From Candidatus Thorarchaeota archaeon (GTDB taxonomy: Archaea > Asgardarchaeota > Thorarchaeia > Thorarchaeales > Thorarchaeaceae): a DNA stretch of 23,436 nt. A program made the translations under genes and the position numbers. The notes beneath the pieces are model-generated. The model saw only the letters and a program-made list of their open reading frames with translations, did not search any database and was not told the DNA's origin. Below are positions 9,996 to 19,410 of the stretch, piece after piece (position 1 is the first letter of the stretch; every line of letters starts with the position of its first letter). The stretch is taken from positions 1 to 23,436 of the forward strand of contig JAEORO010000168.1 of assembly GCA_016840855.1 (NCBI GenBank). The letters are read 5' to 3'.

Positions 9996-10886
9996 ATGGC
10001 TTCCAGAGGTCCGGGTGGTAGCAGTCGAAAAGGGAAGTCCTCTCGAATGGTCTTAAAATCAAGGATTCAAGATGAAATCCTACTTCTCTTGAGTAATGAA
10101 TCCCTTCACGGTTATGGTATATGGAGTGCTATTTTGGTAGACTATCCCTACATGAGACTCAACACGCTATATCGTTGGATGAACAATCTTGAAACAAGGG
10201 GTTTTGTTGAAGGGAATATTGAGCAAGGTGTTAAAGGACCGAACCGCAAGGTGTATCTTCTTACCAATGATGGAAGACAACGTGTCCTTCTTCTAATTAG
10301 AAATGCATTCAAACTCATAATCGATATCTACAGGAAATACCAATTGTTCTCTGCTTTGCATTTCTCAAATCTATCACAGCTCTCCGAAATCAGCTTCTCG
10401 AATTCAAGAGCACTGATTGCGCCATTCAACCAATTCTTTGATTTCGATCACAACCTCCTTCAGATTCTGGTTGATGCAATGAGGGGCAGAAGAGTTGATT
10501 TTGTCGGAAGACTCCAAGACATCTCGAATGTACATCCCAAGCCACGTATATTGAAAGGGACTATTCAGAACCTCCCTGTCAAGAAAGATGTGTACGGGGA
10601 CATCTGGCTCTTAGGAGTCCCAAAGAAGAGTACTTTTAGTCCATCGATTGAAGAGTGCAAGAGACTACTTATGAGGGGTGGAACTCTCTACCTCGCGATA
10701 CCTTTTCTGCTCTCATCAAGTGACAGAGCACCCGTCTTCGGATCTTTCATTACTAATGCTATGATACACATCTTTCCAGAACTAGAACTCATAGAATCTC
10801 ATGAGATCGAATCAATCATGCAGAGTTTTTTCAGAGAGACTGGCGTACTTGAACTGGGATTTCCAGTCGTTTGGGCCAGGAAATGA
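9996..10886 (+). CDS. PadR-family regulator fused to a degenerate class I methyltransferase-like domain
   Basis: ILLLLSNESLHGYGI...LYRWMNNLETRGFVE...GPNRKVYLLTNDGR is PadR-like. The C-terminal GTIQNLPVKKDVYGDI...EECKRLLMRGGTLYL is methyltransferase-like. The start is uncertain (ATG 9996 or 10047; the track uses TTG 9864). Confidence 0.78.
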   Translation: MASRGPGGSSRKGKSSRMVLKSRIQDEILLLLSNESLHGYGIWSAILVDYPYMRLNTLYRWMNNLETRGFVEGNIEQGVKGPNRKVYLLTNDGRQRVLLLIRNAFKLIIDIYRKYQLFSALHFSNLSQLSEISFSNSRALIAPFNQFFDFDHNLLQILVDAMRGRRVDFVGRLQDISNVHPKPRILKGTIQNLPVKKDVYGDIWLLGVPKKSTFSPSIEECKRLLMRGGTLYLAIPFLLSSSDRAPVFGSFITNAMIHIFPELELIESHEIESIMQSFFRETGVLELGFPVVWARK

Positions 10887-11054
10887 GGGTCTACTTGGGT
10901 GTTTTTTCTCCTCCTCCTGGACCTAGTTCTTCATTTTCAGTGTGGGTCTGAAATTGAGATGAAGCATGAAGAGTGCTAGTCGTGAAGCTCAGAGAGTAGT
11001 TTCTTTTCTGATAGTAGTAGACTAAGAACGACCAAATGAGACCCATGAACAAGG

Positions 11055-11784
11055 TTGGTATCAATGGGTGGAGACCATGAACAGTCTACTTCTCGCAGCA
11101 GTCTCGATGACATGTTCTTCGACCTTTCTTGCATTTATGTATGTCAACTTACGCCAAATAAGTATAATTCCCAGATTAAGGGAGATTCTTCCCAGCTTGA
11201 AAGAGGGTCTGCAGTTCATAAGACAAGACCAAGTGGTAGCTGTCCTCCTTGGAACGTGGTATGGTGTCCAGATGTTATTTGCATCTGGACCCATGTCGAT
11301 CGGTCTTCCCGTCTTTGCTCGTGAGATCCTAGGCTCTGGTGCTGAGGGATATGGTTTCATAGTAGTTGGTATTGCGTCCAGTTCACTCTTACTTAGCATT
11401 GTACTCGGTCAAAAGAGTCATACCACCGGCAGAGCTCGATTGATCATGATTGGCTTTGTCTGGGGTGCTGTTGGCATGTTTGTCTTCAGTTTGACGACCA
11501 CAGTCGTGTCAGCTATCGTAATGGCTTTCCTATAGAACTTTTGTTATCCTTTGACCAACATTTCTTTCATGTCAATCATCCATCAAAGAGTCCCAGAGCA
11601 GAAGCTTGGTACAGTTTTTGGCATTGGAGGCATGTTGGCTCAAGGAATGACTTCGGTCTCAATTGCAATGACTGGTTTCATCATGGAGAACATCTCTATT
11701 GTGTTGCCATTCCAGCTTTTTGCAGCAGCTCTAGGACTGTGTTTTATCTTGGTGCTGGCAAGTCCAGAAACAAGACGTATGTAA
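11055..11784 (+). pseudogene. MFS transporter remnant (C-terminal half) with an internal in-frame TAG
   Basis: ORFs 11068-11535 and 11551-11784 are in the same frame and separated only by TAG at 11533-11535 (...MAFL*NFCYPLTN...). MFS motifs include LKEGLQFI, LPVFAREILG..AEGYG and QRVPEQKLGTVFG. The N-terminal half is missing, with an apparent frameshift near 11070. Confidence 0.8.
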
Positions 11785-11807
11785 CCAGTTTGGAGGAACA
11801 ACTTCTA

Positions 11808-12296
11808 CTAGCTAGATCTCTGAAGCTCTTTCCAACAACCCATCCACCAATCTTGAAACGGACCAGTTGCGGATATATTGATTCCTGATTCAATCTCTAT
11901 GATGACCGGCATGTCATTCTTTACTTCTTCAATCTCAATTTTGACAAGTGCGTATCTTTCATCAACTTCCCACGGATTGTCAATGACCTTGGCTCGTCCT
12001 TTCACACTGATGGCGATATCAGGTGGACAGACCAGACATACCATCACTCGTTCATCTCTCAGTATGTTGGCTAAAGTATCATGATAACGATGAGTAACAA
12101 AGCGTAGGGTTGATGGGGTGAGAGCATGAAGACTTCCGAATAGAGCTGTATGAGGAGCACCATCTTCTTCAATAGTTGCGATAACTGAACTTGGATTGAG
12201 TGCTCCTCCCTCTTTTCGCAGTGCATTGAAGATATCATCATTTAGTTCTGAAGACCGTCGCCAATGGCCGTCAGATTTTGCATTTTGTTTGGCCAT
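11808..12296 (-). CDS. Pyridoxamine 5'-phosphate oxidase-like (FMN-binding split barrel) protein
   Basis: VIATIEEDGAPH, TLANILRDERV and ISVKGRAKVI motifs; GAGGTGA RBS at 12307-12301. Confidence 0.85.
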   Translation of the reverse strand: MAKQNAKSDGHWRRSSELNDDIFNALRKEGGALNPSSVIATIEEDGAPHTALFGSLHALTPSTLRFVTHRYHDTLANILRDERVMVCLVCPPDIAISVKGRAKVIDNPWEVDERYALVKIEIEEVKNDMPVIIEIESGINISATGPFQDWWMGCWKELQRSS

Positions 12297-12305
12297 ATGA
12301 TCACC

Positions 12306-12337
12306 TCAAACGATGTCACAACCAGTACATCGTTTGA
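12306..12337. promoter_or_regulatory. Perfect 11-bp inverted repeat (operator or 5'UTR hairpin)
   Basis: TCAAACGATGT-cacaaccagt-ACATCGTTTGA, abutting the RBS of the 11808-12296 gene. Confidence 0.5.
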
Positions 12338-12598
12338 TATGCTCTTTCCAGTTTCGAAGGACCTTAATGTTCTAAGTCCAATCGTAAGAGTAGTATTGGC
12401 TGATATCCTCTCGGGGCATATCCTCTATATCCCCTCTCCGAGGCGTACAGATTCAATTGAGTCAACATAATCAATCATGAAATAAGTCGGATTCAGTGCT
12501 GCTGTTTTTTCTAGCTCTTTACCTTGAGGAAGTGTGTTTGTTTTGTCAAGGGAGGGCACACCTTTACCAGTTTTTTCACACCTTCGAGGTGAGCGGTT

Positions 12599-12856
12599 TC
12601 ATCTTCCAGCGTTTTTCACTGAGAGACTATGAATGATTACCAGAACTACTATGGTCCAGATTGAGATGTCTGCCACTAAACCAAACCAATTGATCACTGG
12701 TGATGCACCAGGATAAACCATCTGCGTTAACCAGAAAAATGGAAATCCATACTGCTGTGTACCCAACATTCCACCGGTCATTGAAACCAAGTAGGTTGCC
12801 AAAGTGATAATTGCTCCAAGAATGATAGAGCAAAGGACTTTCTCATATAGGTTCAT
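12599..12856 (-). CDS. Small two-TM membrane protein
   Basis: Two hydrophobic segments flanking YGFPFFWL...INWFGLVADISIW. Confidence 0.75.
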   Translation of the reverse strand: MNLYEKVLCSIILGAIITLATYLVSMTGGMLGTQQYGFPFFWLTQMVYPGASPVINWFGLVADISIWTIVVLVIIHSLSVKNAGR

Positions 12857-13012
12857 AGTCGCTCTATTGGTCAGGAGTCAATTTAAGCAAGTATTCCCAA
12901 GATTTCAGATAACATACTGGTTAGGATCTTGGACTTGAACCACTATCTATCAGAAAGGAGGTTGTGTTTCCAAATAGGTCGAGTTTCTTCTTCTTTCGGG
13001 GACTACGCATAT

Positions 13013-14035
13013 CTAGCTAGAAAGAGCTCTTGAGTGAAAGAGTAGGTTCTCTTTAATCATCTCCCGGATGGGTAGTTGATAGGGACATTTGTCTTCGCAT
13101 TCTCCACACTGAACGCATAGATCTCCACTCTTAATTGCACTCGTATACCATCCAGAAGTGAGGTTTTCACGAGGCCAAAGCTTCCACATTATTGGTGCAA
13201 TCATTATGAGTGATATGTTGACTCCATTAGGGCAAGGTTGACAATATCCGCATTGTCGACAGAACTTCGTACCTAGGTCAGTACGTAGACTTTCCATCTC
13301 TGCCTCTTCATCAGGTGATAGATCTGATGGCCCCTCAACGAGAGCGATTATCTCCTCAATCTGTTCTTTACTCTCAACTCCTGGGTCTGGGAGGACATCA
13401 TCGTATCCAAGTACGTATTTCATTGCAAGACTTGCCTTTGGAATCATTCCTCCTGCAAATGGCTTCATACCTATGAACCCAACATCGTGTTGCTTCACAA
13501 GAGGCAAGAGGTGTTGTGCCACATCCTGGCACAGAAAATTGAATGGAAACTGAATTGTTTCAAACTGATCAGAGACAACAGCCTCACTAGCAACTTCGAG
13601 TGAATGACTACTTATACCTAGATGCAGAATTGTTCCATCCGACTTGGCCATAAGAGCAGTTTCCATTGGACCGTCAGGCTCGAAGAGGCTATTATATCCC
13701 TCTAAGGAACTCACATTGTGAAACTGCCAGATGTCGATGTAGTCAGTCTTAAGCTGCCTGAGGCTCATTTCGAGTGAACCTTTGACCATTTCACGGCTTC
13801 GCCATCCACCTTTAGTAGCTAGTATCACCTCCTCTCGGTGTCCCTCCAGTGCCTTTCCTATTCGTGACTCACTCGTCCCATATCCAACAGATGTATCAAA
13901 GAAGTTTATTCCTAGATTAAAAGCGTGTTTGACAACTCCAATTGCTGTATTCTCTGACGGACGCTGAATAGGAATGCCTCCGCAACCAACTCTCGAAACG
14001 TCCAGCTTTGTTTTTCCCAATCTCATTGTCTTCAA
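13013..14035 (-). CDS. Aldo/keto reductase with C-terminal 4Fe-4S dicluster domain
   Basis: RLGKTKLDVSRVGCGGIPI, GINFFDTS and LKTDYIDIWQFH; C-terminal CRQCGYCQPCP and CVQCGECEDKCP. The start is probably TTG 14035 or ATG 14026 rather than 14092. Confidence 0.93.
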   Translation of the reverse strand: MKTMRLGKTKLDVSRVGCGGIPIQRPSENTAIGVVKHAFNLGINFFDTSVGYGTSESRIGKALEGHREEVILATKGGWRSREMVKGSLEMSLRQLKTDYIDIWQFHNVSSLEGYNSLFEPDGPMETALMAKSDGTILHLGISSHSLEVASEAVVSDQFETIQFPFNFLCQDVAQHLLPLVKQHDVGFIGMKPFAGGMIPKASLAMKYVLGYDDVLPDPGVESKEQIEEIIALVEGPSDLSPDEEAEMESLRTDLGTKFCRQCGYCQPCPNGVNISLIMIAPIMWKLWPRENLTSGWYTSAIKSGDLCVQCGECEDKCPYQLPIREMIKENLLFHSRALSS

Positions 14036-14062
14036 TTGTAAGCACATCCAGTGAAGCATCCA

Positions 14063-14094
14063 TGTTGAAAGTGAACCCTCTCTCATTTTCAACA
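14063..14094. promoter_or_regulatory. Near-perfect 12-bp inverted repeat upstream of the AKR gene
   Basis: TGTTGAAAGTGA-accctctc-TCATTTTCAACA (11 of 12 positions pair). Confidence 0.4.
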
Positions 14095-14350
14095 GAGAAA
14101 CTCATTCGAAAAGAGGAATTGGATCATATCATAAGAGAGGATATGCTCAATTCATGAACTAGTTAGACACACTGCACAATAAGAGAGAATGAAACAGTTG
14201 GAAGACCCGTATAGACGAGTATGAAGGACCAAGCTGCCTCACAGACTTATTCTTCTAGCCAAGATCTAGGGTGGTGAATCCTGCTTAGAGCATAGTGATT
14301 CAAAAGGATTGAACATCTGGGTGAAGAAATTAAAAGTTGGGTGACACTAC

Positions 14351-14836
14351 TTGGCAAAAAGTCATAATCACGAAGAACATCTTGACAGTTTCTATCGTTC
14401 TGAGGGAAGACACCTATTGGAGAAGGTCGTACTTCTTCAGGCTCTCGAAAAGAAGTTCGGAGTGGATGTAAGAGAAACAGTGAAGGAAGAGCGAGCGAGG
14501 TTAGTCCAATCCCAATGGGAAAGGATTGCAGACCAGGCTTCTAGTATTCTGATTATGGATCTAGTTGATACTCTCTGGGAACCTCTAAAACAGCGAGGAA
14601 TTGTTGCTTACGAAGTTGCAACTAATGATGAAAAGAAAACATGTCTCAAAGTGACTCGGTGTCTATTCGCTCAACTTGTAGAAGAATTGAAAATTCCCAA
14701 AGATTGGGGATATGATCTTTATTGCCAAGATGATGAATATATGGTCAAAGGGTTTAATGAAGAAATGGAGTTCTCTCGCTCCACGACCTTGATGGAGGGC
14801 TATGATTGTTGCAATCATTGTTATCGTTTGGTATAG
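14351..14836 (+). CDS. L-2-amino-thiazoline-4-carboxylic acid hydrolase-like (ATC_hydrolase/V4R-like) protein
   Basis: LKVTRCLFA...GYDLYCQDD...GFNEEMEFSRSTTLMEGYDCCNHCY signature. Confidence 0.85.
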   Translation: MAKSHNHEEHLDSFYRSEGRHLLEKVVLLQALEKKFGVDVRETVKEERARLVQSQWERIADQASSILIMDLVDTLWEPLKQRGIVAYEVATNDEKKTCLKVTRCLFAQLVEELKIPKDWGYDLYCQDDEYMVKGFNEEMEFSRSTTLMEGYDCCNHCYRLV

Positions 14837-14988
14837 CTGATTACTATACATCCAAGTGATAGACACTTCAAAGTATCTAAGAACATGGTGGTCGATAAGC
14901 AACTACTCACTGAATGAAGATTATTAACTTATTTCCTCATTCACAGTTCTGATTGTGTTGTCGATAAGAAATGTTGAGGTAATTCTCC

Positions 14989-15576
14989 GTGGATGGTGAT
15001 GAAATATATACAACAATCAGGAAATTTCTGAACCATTGGTTCGAAACTAGGATTGTCACTCTCAATGTCCTGAATATCTTTACTGAGGATGAGCTAAGAT
15101 ATCGTTTCACTCCAGAATGGCGGTCTGTTGGAGAGATTTTCCACCATATTGGAGCACATCAGTTTTTAGCAGCACGTGGTGTGTTCAAGAAACGATGGAC
15201 ACCCCAATCTACTGAGCCTGATAATGATTGGGAGAATCACAAAAAGGAGGTCTGTGTTTCAACTAAGAGACTTGCCACATGGCTTCTCGATGTTCAGTTT
15301 TTACTGAAGGAATGGTGGAATGAATCAGATAGTTCAGCTCTATCCGAAATAAGGTATGATAATCCGTGGCACTTGGGAATGGAAGGTTGGATGCTACTTC
15401 ATCATGCATATCAGGATGAATTGCATCACCGTGGACAGCTAACTGCTATTGCACGTCATCTAGATAGGAAGATACCTCCAATGTTTCCAGAAAGAACAAT
15501 CAACAATCTTTGCATCTGCATCTATGATGCGATTGACAGAGAGATCAAACAAGAATCATCCAAAGAACCACTGTGA
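14989..15576 (+). CDS. DinB/YfiT family protein
   Basis: RSVGEIFHHI and LLHHAYQDELHHRGQL motifs; GAGGT RBS; paralog of 2305-2859. Confidence 0.88.
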   Translation: MDGDEIYTTIRKFLNHWFETRIVTLNVLNIFTEDELRYRFTPEWRSVGEIFHHIGAHQFLAARGVFKKRWTPQSTEPDNDWENHKKEVCVSTKRLATWLLDVQFLLKEWWNESDSSALSEIRYDNPWHLGMEGWMLLHHAYQDELHHRGQLTAIARHLDRKIPPMFPERTINNLCICIYDAIDREIKQESSKEPL

Positions 15577-15617
15577 TCGAATTTTGGAAATGATGTTAAG
15601 TCTACTTAATTGGATGT

Positions 15618-16409
15618 ATGTTGATGTTTGTGTCTTGTTCGGTGCTCGGGGGTCTGGCCAGCACAAAGGGTGTGGACGACAATCAGCTTCTTGAGAAACA
15701 GGTGGCTACCCTTGAAGATATTGAGCGAGCTGGGTATGACTATGTGGAAGTATACCATGGGAATCAACCTCCTTGGTTTGGCAAGATAATTGCAGAAAGA
15801 TTAGAGATACTGAAACTGAATGCGTATTCAATCCATCTCCCAAAAGACACTCTAGAAATGAAAAGAGTAGATTTTGATTCCATGCAGGATCGATTAGCCT
15901 CATTCATTCAGCAAACTGGGATTGAGGTGGTTGTCATTCATCCACCAGAATCTTCTGAATATGGGTTACAGAATTGGTACAGCAGACTTGACAGTCTAAT
16001 GGAGATGGCTGAGAAGATAGGATGTGTTATCTGTCCTGAAATCATTCCCAACACAAGAGACCTCGTATTGGAATCTATTCAAACTTATAGCAAGCGAGCC
16101 ATAGGGGTGACTGTCGATACTGAACACATGCACATACTTGGTTCTAATATCCATGATATGATTGATTATATTGGTGAAGCAATTCAAAATGTTCATTTCC
16201 GTGACAGTGATGGGAACCTAGTCAATCAAGATGGAACACGGAACTTTCTCCCCCTTGGTAAGGGGAACATCGATTTTCTGGGGGTAGTAAGAACGCTGGA
16301 GTGTAATGGATACAAAAAGGCTCTGACAATTGAGCTCGGGCCTCATGATTTTGCTTCCGAGGTCACTAAGGCGAGGGAATATGTCCAAAGATGTCTTCAG
16401 ATGATATGA
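15618..16409 (+). CDS. Sugar phosphate isomerase/epimerase (AP endonuclease 2 TIM barrel)
   Basis: AGYDYVEV, YSIHLP, VTVDTEH, NVHFRD, LPLGKGNIDF and GYKKALTIE motifs. The true start may be GTG 15672. Confidence 0.88.
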   Translation: MLMFVSCSVLGGLASTKGVDDNQLLEKQVATLEDIERAGYDYVEVYHGNQPPWFGKIIAERLEILKLNAYSIHLPKDTLEMKRVDFDSMQDRLASFIQQTGIEVVVIHPPESSEYGLQNWYSRLDSLMEMAEKIGCVICPEIIPNTRDLVLESIQTYSKRAIGVTVDTEHMHILGSNIHDMIDYIGEAIQNVHFRDSDGNLVNQDGTRNFLPLGKGNIDFLGVVRTLECNGYKKALTIELGPHDFASEVTKAREYVQRCLQMI

Positions 16410-16530
16410 GTCATAGGTTCTGTGTTATCATTGCATCACATTCCTTGGTAGAAAACAGCTTCACACAAATTCTGTATAATCAAGCTGGGACATATCTGAT
16501 TAATTACGAAGATGGCAGTGGCCAAAATGG

Positions 16531-17295
16531 ATGCAATTACTGATGAAAAACAGAATACTTGCCATTCTTTTTGACATGGATGACACCCTATACACTAATC
16601 AATTCATCATCAGCGAAATAGCACGTAGAGTGTTGAATCAGCTTGGATTGGTACGTTTTATTGAAATGACAGATATGAAGATCATGAGATTGATTCAAGA
16701 TGGTCCTGAATATTGGCTGAGGACTTACATGTTGACCAACAATGTGGCATCAAATTGGCAACCCACTTTGGAGCTTTGGATTGAATACTGCAGGAGATTT
16801 CTGTCATCATTTGGTTTGAGGAAAGTTGGTGATGAAATTGTCAATGCGTTCAAATGCGAATGGGAGAAATACGGCCCACCTGGACGGGGACTCTTCAGAC
16901 CTCAGCTTGTCAACAAAGCAGATGTTGTCCTGAAAGGCCTCACAGAACGAGGATACAAGCTGGGTCTATCCACAAACCGTTTCTATGATCCGACAGAAGT
17001 ACTAGAAAAGGACTCCATCTTTAGATTTTTCTCCTGCATTGAACATAGCGGTGTTCCGGGATATACAAAACCCTCGCCCTATATGCTCCTTAGGCTTGCA
17101 ACTCAAATTGAAGTTAATCCTTTGAGATGCGCTTTCGTCGGGGACTGTATTAAAACGGATGTCAGAGCTGCTATGAATGCAGGAATGACTCCAGTCCTTG
17201 CAAATTGGAATGTAGAGTCACAAAGATTCTCGCCCGATGGCTTATTGATTGCCAATCAGATCGACGATCTCCTTTGTATTTTTCCTGAAATCTGA
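16531..17295 (+). CDS. HAD-superfamily hydrolase
   Basis: ILFDMDDTL, GLSTN, KPSP and FVGDCIKTDVRAAMNAGM motifs. Confidence 0.92.
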   Translation: MQLLMKNRILAILFDMDDTLYTNQFIISEIARRVLNQLGLVRFIEMTDMKIMRLIQDGPEYWLRTYMLTNNVASNWQPTLELWIEYCRRFLSSFGLRKVGDEIVNAFKCEWEKYGPPGRGLFRPQLVNKADVVLKGLTERGYKLGLSTNRFYDPTEVLEKDSIFRFFSCIEHSGVPGYTKPSPYMLLRLATQIEVNPLRCAFVGDCIKTDVRAAMNAGMTPVLANWNVESQRFSPDGLLIANQIDDLLCIFPEI

Positions 17296-17382
17296 CACGA
17301 GAGATATTGAACATATTTCTAAGAAGTCTTTAGAATACTAGGGTTTTATTGACTCAAGACAAACCGTTTTCTTCGATTTCGA

Positions 17383-17403
17383 AGAGGGTTTGCAAAACCC
17401 TCT
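17383..17403. terminator. Hairpin between convergent genes, overlapping the PGI/PMI stop codon
   Basis: AGAGGGTTT-gca-AAACCCTCT, a perfect 9-bp stem. Confidence 0.45.
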
Positions 17404-18442
17404 AGAACTCTTTCAATTTTGCCTTTATTTGATTGATTCTCTCACCTGACATTGCGTCGACACCAAGAAAATCTGCAAGAAAACAAGATGTCAAATCAAG
17501 ATGATATGTATAACCAAGAATCTCTTGAATTCTGGATTGAAGTTTGAGATCTAGATTTAGAGGATTACAACCATTATCAATGAAAATCTCTATGGTTTCC
17601 TCAAATCGTTTTTTCATCTCCAAATCTTCCTCTCTGCTTCGAAGCAATACTGGTAAGAACCCATGTTTAGCGCAAGTTGCTGCACCTTCAATCTCGTTAT
17701 GACTTGCTTCGGGTAACTCTGAATTGATTGCTAGGATTTTTGCATTCTCATTCATTTGACAACGGGCTCTGTAGGCAACTGGAGCTAAATGTTTCCAGCC
17801 TATGAATATTGGAATCCTTCTCTTGATTAGCTGTGCGCAGCTTGATGGAGATGCACATATTGAGTCCCATTTCACATGCAATTGTTCAAGAGATTCAGAT
17901 ACAGAATTAAGATTCGTTCTTTGGACCCCAAGCAGTGTTTCAAGAATCGGAAGCACGATGGATACAATTAATGGTAGGGCCGCACGGGGTTTCAATCCCG
18001 GGGGAAGTCGAAATTTTTGCGTGTTTCTAATATTATCTGCTATATAACCACCTGAAGTTATTAGAAAGAGTGAGCAACCTCTTTTGCTTGCATCTCTGGT
18101 GGCTGAGATTGTTTCAGCAGTATGACCGGAGTAACTTATCGAAATTACAGCCCAATTCTTGTTTACGTACTGAGGTATTGAGTAATCTCGAGACGAGATT
18201 ATAGGAATCAACTCATATCCTGAAAGATAAGCTCTACATATATCACCAGCAATCGCACTTCCTCCAACACCGGTTATGCAAATTCCCTCAAGACTCGACC
18301 TAAGAGATCGATGAACTCCTTCAATGAAGTCGTCATGGATTCTAATCAATCGTAGTAGTAATGGAAAATTGTTAGTCATAGACATCATGCTATTTATGTC
18401 GATTTTAGCTAACGCATTCTCAAAATCTGTAATAAATTCCAT
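17402..18442 (-). CDS. Bifunctional phosphoglucose/phosphomannose isomerase (SIS domain)
   Basis: GVGGSAIAGD, ISYSGHTAET, ITSGG, PRAALP, RCQMNENAK and LPEASHNEIEG motifs. ATG 18442 follows GAGGGAGA. Confidence 0.9.
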   Translation of the reverse strand: MEFITDFENALAKIDINSMMSMTNNFPLLLRLIRIHDDFIEGVHRSLRSSLEGICITGVGGSAIAGDICRAYLSGYELIPIISSRDYSIPQYVNKNWAVISISYSGHTAETISATRDASKRGCSLFLITSGGYIADNIRNTQKFRLPPGLKPRAALPLIVSIVLPILETLLGVQRTNLNSVSESLEQLHVKWDSICASPSSCAQLIKRRIPIFIGWKHLAPVAYRARCQMNENAKILAINSELPEASHNEIEGAATCAKHGFLPVLLRSREEDLEMKKRFEETIEIFIDNGCNPLNLDLKLQSRIQEILGYTYHLDLTSCFLADFLGVDAMSGERINQIKAKLKEF

Positions 18443-18455
18443 TTCAGTATCTCCC

Positions 18456-19262
18456 TCAAAAAGCAAGCTCATTTTGAAAACCACTTTTGCTCTCAAATAC
18501 CCTCAGAACAAGAACCAAAGCCCAGACAATTGCTAGGATAAAAAGTGCAGAGAGGTTGTTTGGGGATTTATAGAGATAGATGTTAATAATACAGATTGAT
18601 TGATGTGCAAACATTGCTGTCAATAGATTATGTCCTGATAGGTTGAATAGAGAGTCGATTACAAAAGAGTGCCCCAACATCGAAAGGTAGCTAATGGGGG
18701 TGGGATAGAGTCCCCAATACAAGTTTGACATCTGATGCCACAACCACCAATATGATCCTATAACAAGACTACCACACTCACGACCAAATCTCGATTGCAA
18801 CTTTGTTAATGCAAATCCACGCCAGCCTGGCTCTTCGAATAATGGACTTGTTAGAAGTCCGGGGAAAAATGTGAGAGGGACAATCACGATGAGTGCAAGT
18901 CTTAGCTCAACCCGTTCTGAGTTGAGAAGAATTAATTGAGATTCATTACCAACAATGAAATTAAGTACATTTCCTATCGTGATTACTGTGGGTAGAATAA
19001 AGGCTGACAGCACGAGCCATGGTTTTTTCTTTGACCAAGTATGGGTTGTATTGAATATCTGTTCTAAATCGACCGCATGATTTGAGTACTTCTGTATAAT
19101 CATAAGCGTTAAGATTGGCGAAATACCTCCGAGAGATGAAGGGATTAATATCAACTCTTCCGGCCATAGACCTAAAACCATCTGAATCCACCAGAACCAC
19201 CCGATAATTAAGGTCAAGAGCAGGAACAGAATCAGAGAGTGTCTACTTGCGATATCTGTCAT
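18456..19262 (-). CDS. CPBP (Abi/CAAX/Rce1-like) intramembrane glutamic protease
   Basis: EEPGWRGF, WWLWH and AMFAHQSI motifs; multiple TM segments. Confidence 0.92.
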   Translation of the reverse strand: MTDIASRHSLILFLLLTLIIGWFWWIQMVLGLWPEELILIPSSLGGISPILTLMIIQKYSNHAVDLEQIFNTTHTWSKKKPWLVLSAFILPTVITIGNVLNFIVGNESQLILLNSERVELRLALIVIVPLTFFPGLLTSPLFEEPGWRGFALTKLQSRFGRECGSLVIGSYWWLWHQMSNLYWGLYPTPISYLSMLGHSFVIDSLFNLSGHNLLTAMFAHQSICIINIYLYKSPNNLSALFILAIVWALVLVLRVFESKSGFQNELAF

Positions 19263-19410
19263 AATTCCTTCTCTAATTCTCCTTGCACTTTTTTGGTGGG
19301 TGGTGTACCTAGTGAATGCAGGTTTCGTCTACGAACCCAATAGAACAAATTTTGGTGAGGTTTGATTAGTAATAACCACTTACTCTCCTCATTGGATATA
19401 TCTCATAATT

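Noticed and set aside
11533-11535. Genome-wide TAG recoding (pyrrolysine)
   Set aside because: Many intact genes here end at TAG at their expected C-termini, and the only internal TAG is in an already truncated gene.
17282-17306. HAD gene end TTCCTGAAATC...GAGAGATA resembling the start and end of repeat copy 4
   Set aside because: The matches are very short and compatible with a normal HAD C-terminus, so chance cannot be excluded.
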